A DNA stretch of 64,000 bases, taken from NCBI GenBank assembly GCA_951406725.2, contig OX597818.1, forward strand, positions 129,146,001 to 129,210,000, in the 5' to 3' direction. The DNA comes from Octopus vulgaris (taxonomy: Eukaryota). The notes below the pieces were generated by a model. The model had not been told where the DNA came from, did no database searches, and worked only from the letters and a program-made list of their open reading frames with translations. The translations under genes were made by a program, and so were the position numbers. The stretch's first letter is position 1. Every line of letters begins with the position of its first letter. Shown here piece by piece: positions 53,037 through 64,000 of the stretch.

Positions 53037-53944
53037 TTGTATATGTGTATGTTCATATGTACCATTAGCTTTCTCTCTTCAATTTCTTTTCTCATTTTTC
53101 ACTCCTACGCACACACACACACACACACACACATATGTACATATATATGCATGTATATATTTGTGTGTGCTACACTTTATATATGTATAAATAGTAAATA
53201 TATATATATATATATACATACACATAATATAAATAGTATATATTTGTGTGTGCTACACTCTATATATGTATAAATAGTATATATATATATATATATACAC
53301 ATAGTATAAATAGTATATTTTTGTGTGTGCTACACTTTACATATGTATAAATAGTGTCTACTTGTATGAGATTATAAAATGTATGTGTCAAAGAAAAGAA
53401 AGTACCTGAAAATGAAACTAACCTGAAGACCTGAGATTTTGTTTGTCTTCTATTCAGCTAAATGCTGCGGTAGTACATTCCCACAAATATATGCACCTGT
53501 GTGTGTGTGTGTGTGTGTGTTAAAATGTAACATACATACAAAACAGAAGTTTTCAGAACTGGTCAATTTTCAGAAATCTACTGTTTCTTTATTTACACTT
53601 ATCACTTAACTTCCAACTTTGCAATCTCTATTGCTTGAATCTAATAGACATTCTAGCATAGTAAGGAATTAAAGTCCTCACTTAGAACCAACAAAGATGT
53701 CACATAATGAATATAATACTTGTATATTTAGAATATAGAATATATATATATATTTTATAGCTGGGTGTTCTGTCTGATGTTGAACATCCTTTAAGACATA
53801 CACACATACACACACTTATGTATGAAATAGAAGACTGATATGCCTAGAATATAAGCCTGTGTACATACAAACATATATACATATATATGTCAAACTGTGT
53901 ACATTTTCACCCTTGTTTACAAAATAGTTAAAATGAACACAGTA

Positions 53945-53980
<36 letters not shown>

Positions 53981-53985
<5 letters not shown>

Positions 53986-54188
53986 ATCCAAACAAGAAAA
54001 CACAGAAAAAAACAAAGCAACGCGAGGACGTGGAACAATTAAAGTATTATTTGATGCTCAGGAAAGAAGGGAAGGGGGTTTAACGTTTCGAGCGGAGCTC
54101 TTCGTCGGAAACAAAGGAGAAGGAAAGATCCCGAGAAGGGAAGACAGAGGATAAAAATATTTTTGCTGGTGGTGCTCAAGAGATCACA

Positions 54189-54190
<2 letters not shown>
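53981..54190 (-). mobile_element. ~200-bp element in (TA)n with a minimal hammerhead (54078-54112)
   Basis: GTTT-CCGACGA-a-GAGC-tcc-GCTC-GAAA-C-G-TT-AAAC; palindromic AACGTT. Confidence 0.75.
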
Positions 54191-54243
<53 letters not shown>

Positions 54244-54272
54244 TAAAGTGTACAGGATTGTATGTCAATTAT

Positions 54273-54363
54273 AGCTGTCAATTATATATTAGTTTCAGAA
54301 TAGGTATTAAATCAAATGTTGGATAACACCATAGTTACATAATACTTTATGCTCGTCAGAGCT
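54273..54363 (-). ncRNA. Decayed hammerhead-like motif with a long stem II
   Basis: AGCT-CTGACGA-GcATA..GTATTA..TAATAC.TATtC-t-GAAA-ctaatatataatt-GAC-AGCT; triplet is GAC rather than GUC. Confidence 0.5.
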
Positions 54364-54944
54364 GGCAGGCATGGACAACTATGTGGTAACTGCTCTTCAT
54401 TATTTGAGAAGTGCAAGGCTTATTTGAATAGCAACATGAAGTGCATGATATGATTAGCTGAAAAAAGAACAATATTAAGTTCTCAGGACATTGGGATAAA
54501 AAAGACATCGGTGAACTGGTGAAAGTCATGATAAGGCCTGTAGATACAATAAAATATACCTTTTTCTTCATGTGGGCAAGGGCTAAAAATCTTATTTCTG
54601 CAGTTTGGGGAGATGTCTGAGTGCTGAGAGTAGAGAGTTTTTAATATGGATCTTTTTTTCCATACCCACTAGCTCTCATGAGCAAGCAGAATTATGTAAC
54701 TGTGTTGTTATCTAACATCTGGTTTAATACAGTGAAAACTGACTGGTAAGATAACCCATAATGGATATATAATACTTTGCTCTTTCATTAATATACCCAC
54801 TCTTTTGACAAACATAGGAGTGCACATTTATTTTGACTTACAGACTTTTAGGTGACTACATACATATATCATCATCGTCATCATCGTTTAACGTCTGCCT
54901 TCCATGCTATAGTTTAAAGATCCAATAGAGGTAGAATCAACAAT

Positions 54945-55336
54945 GGATGGATGGAAGCACTCCGTCGGTTCCCACGACGAGGGTTCCGGTTGATCCGATC
55001 AACGGAACAGCCTGCTCATGAAATTAACGTGTAAGTGGCTGAGCACTCCACAGACATGTGTACCCTTAACATAGTTCTCGGGGATATTCAGCATGACACA
55101 GAGAGTGACAAGGCCGGCTCTTTGAAATACAGGTACAACAGAAACAGGAAGAAAGAGTGAGAGAAATTTGTGGTGAAAGAGTACAGCAGGGATCACCACC
55201 ATCCCCTGCCGGAGCCTTGTGGAGCTTTTAGGTGTTTTCGCTCAATAAACACTCACAATGCCCGGTCTGGGAATCGAAACCACGATCCTCCGACCGCGAG
55301 TCCGCTGCCCTAACCACTGGGCCATTGCACTTCCAC
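54945..55336 (-). mobile_element. SINE family D, full length, tRNA-derived
   Basis: A box tggcccagtgg, B box ggtttcgattcc, (tcca)n tail, 12-bp TSD agaatcaacaat at 54933-54944 and 55337-55348. Confidence 0.92.
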
Positions 55337-55375
55337 AGAATCAACAATAAAGGTACTCTAATAAGTGAGAGATAA

Positions 55376-55615
55376 ATATCAATTTAAATACACAACCGAA
55401 AGAGCTACTAATAGTTTCATGCTATTATGATACTTGAACGGGCATATCTATAAAACATACCATGTATCTTAAAACAATCTTTCAGGTTCTGTTTATGCAT
55501 TAGCCTGAACGGTTGCTTTAGGATACATGACATGTTTTTATAAATATGCATCTTCAAGTATCATAATAGCATGAAACTATTAGTAGCTCTTTCAGTTGTG
55601 TATTTAAATTGATAT
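55376..55615. mobile_element. 240-bp palindrome formed by two back-to-back hammerhead-like units
   Basis: Arms 55376-55488 / 55502-55615; each reads A(G/A)C-CTGAA(C/A)G(G/A)-stem II-GAAA-CT-ATT-AG-TA-GCT. Confidence 0.8.
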
Positions 55616-55908
55616 ACATATATATAAATAAATAAATAAAACATATGCATATATACATACATATATGTATGTACCTACCTCTACATGTATATATACATGC
55701 ATATATGGGTACAGGAAACCAAAAAAACGTCGAACACAATGAGAAACGAAAACATAAACACAAAACCGAGGAAATGGACATTTTTTTTAAACAACGAAAA
55801 AATAGAGTACAGGACATACAAACAAGGAAAATTCCCCTTCTTCAGTCGCCTTAATTTCATCTACTCCACGTTTCAAGTAAGATTGTTCTTAATACATATA
55901 TATATATA

Positions 55909-55961
<53 letters not shown>

Positions 55962-56390
55962 ATATGTATATCAGCATCATCAACGTTTCAATGTCCACTT
56001 TTCATGCTTGCATGGGTTAGACAGAATTTGTTGAAGGGTATCTATCCAGCTAGATACCCTTTTTGTTGTGAAGCCTCGCCTGTTTACAAGTAATGCAATA
56101 TATCTTCATAATCAGACATGTTTACACAAAAGCTTAGAAATGAATGACACCGCTTGCATGACAGGGACACCCATTTACGACTACCATGCAATACCAGAAC
56201 AAGGAGACAGTAACACACAAATACATACACACACACATACAGACACACATATAAACACACACATGCATACACAGACTACCAAATCTGCTCACAGAACTTT
56301 GGTTAGCCTGGGGCTATAGTTGAAGACACTGAACTTTAAACCATGTGGCTAGGAAGCAAATTTCTTAACACACAGCAACAACAACAATGG

Positions 56391-57015
56391 TGAAGAAGAA
56401 GAAGAAGACAAAAGAAGAAGAAGAAGAAGAAGAAGAAGAAGAAGAAGAAGACAGAAGAAGAAGAAGAAAAGAAGAAGAAGAAGAAGAAGACAAAAGAAGA
56501 AGAAGAAGAAGAAGACAAAAGAAGAAGAAGAAGAAGACAAAAGAAGAAGAAGACAAAAGAAGAAGAAGACAAAAGAAGAAGAAGAAGAAGAAGAAGAAGA
56601 AGACAGAAGAAGAAGAAGAAGAAGACAAAAGAAGAAGAAGAAGAAGAAGAAGAAGAAGAAGAAGAAGACAAAAGAAGAAGAAGAAGAAGAAGAAGACAAA
56701 AGAAGATGAAGAAGAAGAAGAAGACAAAAGAAGATGAAGAAGAAGAAGAAGAAGAAGAAGAAGAAGAAGAAGAAGAAGAAGAAGAAGAAGAAGAAGAAGA
56801 AGAAGAAGAAGAAGAAGAAGAAGAAGAAGAAGAAGAAGAAGAAGAAGAAGAAGAAGAAGAAGAAGAAGAAGAAGAAGAAGAAGAAGAAGAAGAAGAAGAA
56901 GAAGAAGAAGAAGAAGAAGAAGAAGAAGAAGAAGAAGAAGAAGAAGAAGAAGAAGAAGAAGAAGAAGAAGAAGAAGAAGAAGAAGAAGAAGAAGAAGAAG
57001 AAGAAGAAGAAGAAG

Positions 57016-57045
<30 letters not shown>
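56391..57045. repeat. (GAA)n tract, about 650 bp, last ~310 bp uninterrupted
   Basis: Direct reading. Confidence 0.97.
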
Positions 57046-57046
<1 letters not shown>

Positions 57047-57938
57047 GGAGGAGGAGATGAGCTTGGAAGCATTTTTACTTATAATGCTTATAGGTTCCTT
57101 ATAAGAATCCTGTTTGATACTATTATATTCATATCCATTATAATAAGACAGCTGATGATGATTGGCGATCAAGAGATCAAACCTATCAAAACAAGAGTAG
57201 ATGTAGATATCAAAGCATTTATCACCTCTAATGAGGAGTTTAATAGGGCGAAAAATTATTGCATTAACAGTGATATTTCTTAGAGATTTAGACATTTAAA
57301 AATACCCCCACAAAAAAAGAGAGAGATTATAGGAAGATGAAATAAAAAAAGACTGTATGAAGATAAAGAGGAAAAAGAAAAAATGAAGTTGAGAGAGAGA
57401 GAGGGAGATAATGTGGGTGGAGAAAGGAGGCAGAAGGATATAAAGGAAATTAATGATAAGTAAATGACAGTAAGATGTATTTTGTGGCAACGATCTATTA
57501 ACAAAGAGACCAGACAATGTTATTGATGACTGGCATGACGGCAGTGAATTGTTTGAGTGCAATCAATGGGTTTAATGGTCAGTGGCTTTCTGGCAAATGT
57601 CAGAGAGAGAGATAAAGAGAGAGAGAGGGAGAGAGAAAGAAAGAAGGAGGGAGATAGAGAGGGAAGAAGGGAAAGAGAAAAAATGAAAATAAAAACAAGG
57701 CAAGAACTAATGGTGACAATATGAAGACAAATGAGGGAAATGGTGACAAGAAAAACAAAATGGTGGTGATAAGAAAGAAAGAAAGAAATAACGAAACATA
57801 AAGGTGGGGGGAGGGAGGAAAAAATTGTTGGTGACAATTAGAGGAGAAAATAAATGGTGCAGTGTTGAAGAGAAAAAGGAAGAAAAATCCCATACACATA
57901 CACACTCATTTATATGTCATTTTTTCTCCCTTTAAATG

Positions 57939-57975
<37 letters not shown>

Positions 57976-57988
57976 ATATATATATATA

Positions 57989-58122
57989 CCAGAGTAAGCA
58001 TTACAATGCAAAACAAGGTGGAAAAAATAGTACTTGAATACCAGAGGTAGAGTAATAATATCACAAAAACTGTTACTCTGAGTAACAATTTTTGTGATAT
58101 TTTTGCTGCTTTTTAATAAAGT
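57989..58122 (+). mobile_element. Short element in (TA)n with an internal 45-bp palindrome
   Basis: Same family as 1110-1230; aatatcacaaaaactgttactc-t-gagtaacaatttttgtgatatt (58057-58101). Confidence 0.7.
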
Positions 58123-58376
58123 ATGTATATATATATATATATATATACTTGTTTTGCAAGATTTTTGATGTGAAATCGTGTGTTGAAACAGATATTGTTG
58201 TATTTAGGAATGGTTATTTTGCCAGTTTAGCCAATAAACACACACGCACTATATATTTGGTGTTACTTTGCTTCAGCGTTATTCAGGTTTTTACATTAAT
58301 CTTAATCTTATATATATATACATGTTCTTAAACCTAAGGTCACTAACAAATGCTGTATATACATACATACATACAT

Positions 58377-58426
<50 letters not shown>

Positions 58427-58938
58427 GTATGTATATAAGCACATTTATGATGAAAGATGTTTCAATGTACAAAAATGCTGTCTCAGCTTTTTTGTATATT
58501 AAAATTTACAACAGGTGCAGGCATGGTTTTATGTTTAAGAAGTTCACTTTCCAGCCATGTCACTTCTGGTTCACTTTCATTACATGCCACTTTGGGCAAG
58601 TGTCTTCTTCCTATAGTCCTGCTGTGCAAGTAAATGTCTTATACCTATAGTCTGGGCAAGTATCTTCTATCTAGCCTTGTGAGAGGATTTGGTTGATGAA
58701 AATTGAAAGAAACCATTGTATGAAAATGTTTGTGTCTTCCAGTCTTCACATTGTGCCATGGTTGCAGATGGCAAAGGAATTTATTCCACAGCTGGGTATT
58801 TTTGAATTACTTAAGCTCCCCGATAACCAACACAGATTATTACAACATTTTTTTGGATACAACATATATTTTTAGAGGATTTCTGTTAAAAAAAATAGAT
58901 AGGATTACTTGAATTTGTTTTATTAAACCAAACGTAGA

Positions 58939-59440
58939 TTGATGAATGGTAAAATCAAATCTGTAGTGATAAATGTCAAATTTAAGCTTAGCATGATGAA
59001 TGACAAAGTTGTTCCTAGAATGAGGAATAGCAAAGTTGAGCCTAGATTGATCAATGATAAATTTGAGCTTGATGAGATGAATAGAAATAATGAGTCTGGA
59101 ATGAAGATCAGTAATGTTGTACCTAGAAGAATGAATAGTAAAGATGAGCCTTGAGGGATGAATAGTAAAATTAAAGCTGAAGGGATGAATGGTAAATCTG
59201 AGTTAATAGAGATGAATGGTAAAGTTGAGCCAAGAATGACGAATGCTAAATTCAAGCCTAGAGGGATGAATAAGAAAAGTTAGACCTAGAATGATCAAAG
59301 TTTTGCAGGATGAATGGAAAGTTAAGTCTGGAATGAAGATTAGTAATATTGAGCCTGGAGTAAAGAATGGTAAAACTGAGCATTGAGAAATGAATGGTAA
59401 AGATGAGCTCAGAGCCATGAATGGCATATTGAGCTTGAAG
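58939..59440. repeat. Diverged 24-bp minisatellite (about 21 units)
   Basis: Consensus about gatgaatggtaaagttgagcctaga. Confidence 0.85.
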
Positions 59441-60006
59441 TGATCTGTACTCAGAATTTGAAAGAACAGAACTAAGGTATTTAATTCTATGGCAATTGTT
59501 AAAAGAGAGAAATATGAATGACTGAAAGGTAAGCATATGCATGTTAAACTCTTTTTAATATACCTTTGGTGGTGTATAATCCCCACCACTTTAGATTATG
59601 GTTTAAGTAATTTTTGTGTAATGAATTTTAAGTGTGATGTCTTTTAATACTTGTGAGACAAAAACTATTCGGTATGTTTGCATAAAATTTTCGTCACATA
59701 TAAAAACAAGTTGTCTATTCTGGAGTAGGCTGTGCAGTGAAAGAGTTAATTGACATCATCATTTTAATGTCCACTTCTCCATGGGTTGGACGGAATTTAT
59801 TGAGGCACATTTTCTATGGCTGGACAGCCTTCCAGTTGCCAAGTATCACTTTTTTCCAAGTATAGTAATATTCCCCATGACCAGATATTGCTTTCATAGG
59901 AGACAGGAAATGAAGGATATGGCTTGCTTGACATATGTCTATGTCTACAACTATCACATAAAGTCAGGGTAAGGACACAGTAACACTAACATATACATAC
60001 ATACAT

Positions 60007-60037
<31 letters not shown>

Positions 60038-60079
60038 TATGTATGTACGTCATGTATATATATATATATATATATATCT

Positions 60080-60273
60080 TAAGAGACACCATGATAGATT
60101 GTTAGCCACTACACACATTTTTTTATCTCCTTGTTTTCTGTGTCCCTTTCTGTAGAAGAGCGTGGGCTCGAAACATAAAAGACTTTTTCTATTCTTGAGC
60201 GTTATACTAATACATCTGTTTGTTTTGTACACCACCTGTCTTCGTCTTTTGTTTTTTTTATTAACTTTCCCTA
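60080..60273 (+). mobile_element. Short element in (TA)n with a minimal hammerhead-like motif (60146-60181)
   Basis: CTTT-CTGTAGA-a-GAGC-gtgg-GCTC-GAAA-C-a-TA-AAAG. Confidence 0.7.
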
Positions 60274-60318
60274 TATATATATATATATATATATATACAC
60301 CATATATGTGTGTGTGTG

Positions 60319-60354
<36 letters not shown>

Positions 60355-60404
60355 TGTATGTATGTATGTATGTATGTATGTATGTGTGCGTGTGTGTGTG
60401 TGTG

Positions 60405-60967
60405 TCCCCTTCACAACAGAAGTGTTAAGTCCCGCATCTCCTGGTGAAAAGGATTGGCCTGCAAGAGTCTTGCGCCAGTGCCACATAAAAAGTACTTGTG
60501 CTGGTACCTTGAAGAAGCACTTGTGCTGGTGCTATGTCATAAGCTCTTAGTACACACTGTAAAGTGGTTGGTGTTAGGAAGGCATCCTGCCATAGGAACC
60601 AAGCCAAATCAGACTGGAACCTGGTACAGCTCTCTGACTTGTAACCTCTGGTCAAACCACCCATCCCATGCCAGCATGGAAAACAGACGATAAAGAATGA
60701 TGATTATGATGATGATGATCATCATCATCGTTTAGCGTCCGCTTTCCATGTTGGCATGGGTTGGACGGTGCAACTGGGGTCTGGGAAGCCAGAAGGCAGC
60801 ACCAAGCCCAGTCTGATCTGGCAATGTTTCTACGGCTGGATGCCCTTCCTAACACCAACCACTTCATGAGTGTAGTGGGTGCTTTTTACGTGCCACGTAG
60901 TGGGATTGAACTAGAGATCATATGGTTGGGGAGTATACTTCTTAACCACACAACCATACCTGCACCT
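60405..60967. mobile_element. Tail-to-tail family C SINEs (+ 60405-60718, - 60719-60896); the minus copy is fused to a family B head (60890-60967)
   Basis: gatgatgatgatc|atcatcatcg junction; shared GTGGCAC at the fusion. Confidence 0.8.
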
Positions 60968-61334
60968 GATGCTTAATTTATATACCCCGAAACAAGATTT
61001 GAACACAGCAGTGCAAGGTATTTAGATTGCTGTTGTGTGTATGTCTTCCAAAAAAATTCACACATAGCCAAAATAAATTAATGAATAAATACACTATAAA
61101 TAAAACATTAATTAGTCCAAAAAGAAAAAAATATCAAAAAATTTCTTACATTCAGATAAACAATAGATGAGGACAACAACAACAACAATGATAACAAAAT
61201 ACTCCTGATCTGTTTTAGGCTTGAAATTATGAAATTAGTAATTTTCTGAGTAGATACAGTATGTGTGTGTGGGAGGTCTGTATATGTGTGTATGTATGAG
61301 TGCGTGCATGTATGTATATATGTGAGTCTGTGTA

Positions 61335-61735
61335 TGTACGTATATATGTATGTATTCACATATGTATGTATATGTATGTATTCACATATGTATGTATATG
61401 TATGTATGTACGTATATATGTATGTATTCACATATGTATGTATATGTATGTATGCACGTATATATGTATGTATTCACATATGTATGTATATGTATGTATG
61501 CACGTATATATGTATGTATTCACATATGTATGTATATGTATGTATGTACGTATATATGTATGTATTCACATATGTATGTATATGTATGTATGCACGTATA
61601 TATGTATGTATTCACATATGTATGTATATGTATGTATGTACGTATATATGTATGTATTCACATATGTATGTATATGTATGTATGTACGTATATATGTATG
61701 TATTCACATATGTATGTATATGTATGTATGTACAT
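61335..61735. repeat. 46-bp minisatellite (about 9 units)
   Basis: tatatgtatgtattcacatatgtatgtatatgtatgtatg(c/t)acgta; cacg at 61455 and 61501. Confidence 0.92.
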
Positions 61736-61965
61736 GTGTGTGTATGTATTGATGTATGATGTATCTACGAATAATATATGTGTATATGTATATCTATACG
61801 ATATATGTATGTTTATATGCAAGGGGATTTTTTTAATATTTTCATGATGACCGTCCCCACATTCCACTGTCCCTCACTTTCAATTGTTTTTTTTTCATAT
61901 TTACTTGATTTTTATATTTTTTTTTTCTTTCAATCAGTAGTGGTAGTTGTGGTGGCAGTGATGGT

Positions 61966-61999
<34 letters not shown>

Positions 62000-62413
62000 A
62001 TTTTGTTTTTCATTTCATTCATTGACAACAAACAAAAACTCTAAGAGAAAATAAAGAAAACAACAAACAATACAATCAGACACCAATCTCTCTCTGTCTC
62101 TGTCTCTTTCTCTCTCTCTCACACACACACACACACACGGAATAGAGGCACTGACTATCCATTCACCCCCACCCCCAGAGTCACCAAAAAAAGAATCAAA
62201 GCAAAAACACTTTGGGAAGGAATTGTTAGGAAGAAGTCAAGTTATATTTCAAAAGTTCAAGAGATACTCAGCCCAACACTCATATCACCCCTACACATGC
62301 CCAGAAACATAGACACACACACAGTTTACCACTCTAGCTCTCTCCCTCTTTCTCTCTCTCTCTCTCTTACTAAGATGAGGAATGGAAAAGAGAGCGTATG
62401 TGTGTGAGTGTAG

Positions 62414-62419
<6 letters not shown>

Positions 62420-62451
<32 letters not shown>

Positions 62452-63385
62452 ATATATTGAATGATAGAAAGCAAGAAGATATATTGAGGAGAGAGATGTT
62501 GAAGGAGAGGGAAAGGATATATTGAGGGAGTGAGAGATGTTGGGAGAGAGGCAGAGGAGATACTACTGAAGGAGGGAGAGGATATATTGAAGAAAAAGAG
62601 AGGATATACTGAGAGAGGGAGAGAGAGAGAGAGAGGATATATTGAGGGAGAGAGAAAAAGGGAAAGGATATTTTGAGGGAGTGAGAGAGAGAGAAAGAGA
62701 GGGAGAGAGGATTATTGAGGGAGAGAGAAGGAGTACACTGAAGGGGAGAAAGAGAGAGAGAGGATATTTTGAAAGACAAAGAAAAAGAGAAGGGTTATTT
62801 TAAAGGAAATAGAGGATATACTGAAAGAGAGAGTGAGAGAGAGGATATTTTGAGAGTTAGAGAAAGAGAGAAAGAATATTTTGAGGAAGGAGAGAGAGGA
62901 TATATTGAGGGAGAGAAAGAGAGGGTATATTGAAGGAGAGAGAGGGATGGAGAGGGAAGATATTTTGAGAGACAGAGAAAGAGAGAAAGGATAGTTTGAG
63001 AGAGAGAGAGAGAGAATATATTCAGGGAGGAAAAGAGAGAGGGTATACTGATAGAGAGAGGGAGGATATTTTGAGAGACAGTCAAAGAGAGAAAGGATAG
63101 TTTGAGAGAGAGAGAGAGAGAATATATTGAGGGAGGAAAAGAGAGAGGGTATACTGACAGAGAGAGAGGGAGAGGGAGGATATTTTGAGAGACAGTGAAA
63201 GAGAGAAAGGATGTTTTGAGGAAGAGAGAGGGGGATATTGAAGGAGAGAGAGGATATACTGAAGGAGAGAAAGGGAGGATAAATTGTGTGTGTGAGAGAG
63301 AAAGAGGATTTGTGGAGAAAGAGAGAGAGGGGGATATAGTTAGAGAGAATAGATATATTCAGTGGGAGGGGGGGGATATATAGAT
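62420..63385. repeat. Purine-rich minisatellite ((GA)n spacers plus ggata(t/c)(a/t)ttga motif)
   Basis: Dozens of units; higher-order duplication about 62960-63070 / 63070-63195. Confidence 0.85.
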
Positions 63386-64000
63386 ATATATTAAGAGAGA
63401 GAGAGGGGGGGAGTCAAAACAATATTCAGAGACTGTTACAAATAGTCAAATTCTTGTCTTTTCTGTTGTTTTAACAACTAAAATAATAACAATAATGATA
63501 ATAATAATGCTAATGATGATGATGAATAATTGAAAATAAAATAAAAATATAAAAAAATGCTTTCTTTCATTGTAATATAATGTGGAAATAAAAGAACAAA
63601 ATGATAAAAACGGCAATAACAATAATGATAATAACAACAACGACAACAACACAAACAACAACAAAAATAATAAATAATAGGAACCAGAATACATTCTTTA
63701 GAAAAAAACAACAACAACATTATGTCCACGACACTGGTAGGGAAAGTGGTGAGGTGGGTTGGTAGGTTTGAGTTTTGTCAATGGAACTGGGCAGAAGAAT
63801 TGCCATCCCAACCCCAAAGACCAAAAATCTTTGAAAAGACTTGAGAAAACAAAAAACAAAAAATTGTATGTAAATACACGTAAAAAAATATAAGAGTCTG
63901 AAATTAAGTACAATTTTTTGTACATGTTTTTTTTCCTGTTTTGTTTTGTTTTTTTTTTGTCTTTTTTTTGCTTAATTAGTCTAGTGACTAGTTTACATAC

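Noticed and set aside
55262-55336. tRNA gene on the minus strand
   Set aside because: A and B boxes are present, but the acceptor and anticodon stems do not close, and it is the head of a TSD-flanked SINE.
56336-57295. 319-aa poly-Ser ORF with a unique N-terminus
   Set aside because: Its length comes from the (TTC)n tract; the ~84 unique codons show no recognisable motif or splice support.
58939-61735. Regular arrays (24-bp and 46-bp units) as CRISPR
   Set aside because: There are no unique spacers and no cas genes, and the context is eukaryotic; these are tandem minisatellites.

Overview
Very AT-rich, microsatellite-saturated eukaryotic (animal) DNA with no recognisable host gene. The repeat content (tRNA-derived SINEs with Nin/Deu-like, CORE-like and MESC/Meta-like domains, RTE and R4/Dong LINE remnants, long (TA)n/(TAA)n/(TACA)n tracts) resembles a coleoid cephalopod, probably Octopus; this is an inference from recalled repeat families, not a search. 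Almost every ORF in the track is a microsatellite or SINE artefact. Real protein remnants are a decayed near-full-length Tc1 transposon (47835-49908), RTE LINE pieces, and four R4/Dong 3' ends stacked in one (TAA)n array. The most striking signal is about ten hammerhead-ribozyme-like motifs (stem I - CUGANGA - stem II - GAAA - very short or palindromic stem III - NUH - stem I'). They are carried by several unrelated short non-coding elements that sit in (TA)n tracts and often form fold-back palindromes, resembling Penelope-like-element (PLE)/retrozyme hammerheads. Some have variant cores (CCGACGA, CUGUNGA) and covarying stems. All folds were done by eye and cleavage activity is untested. A few unique-sequence candidate exons are reported at low confidence.
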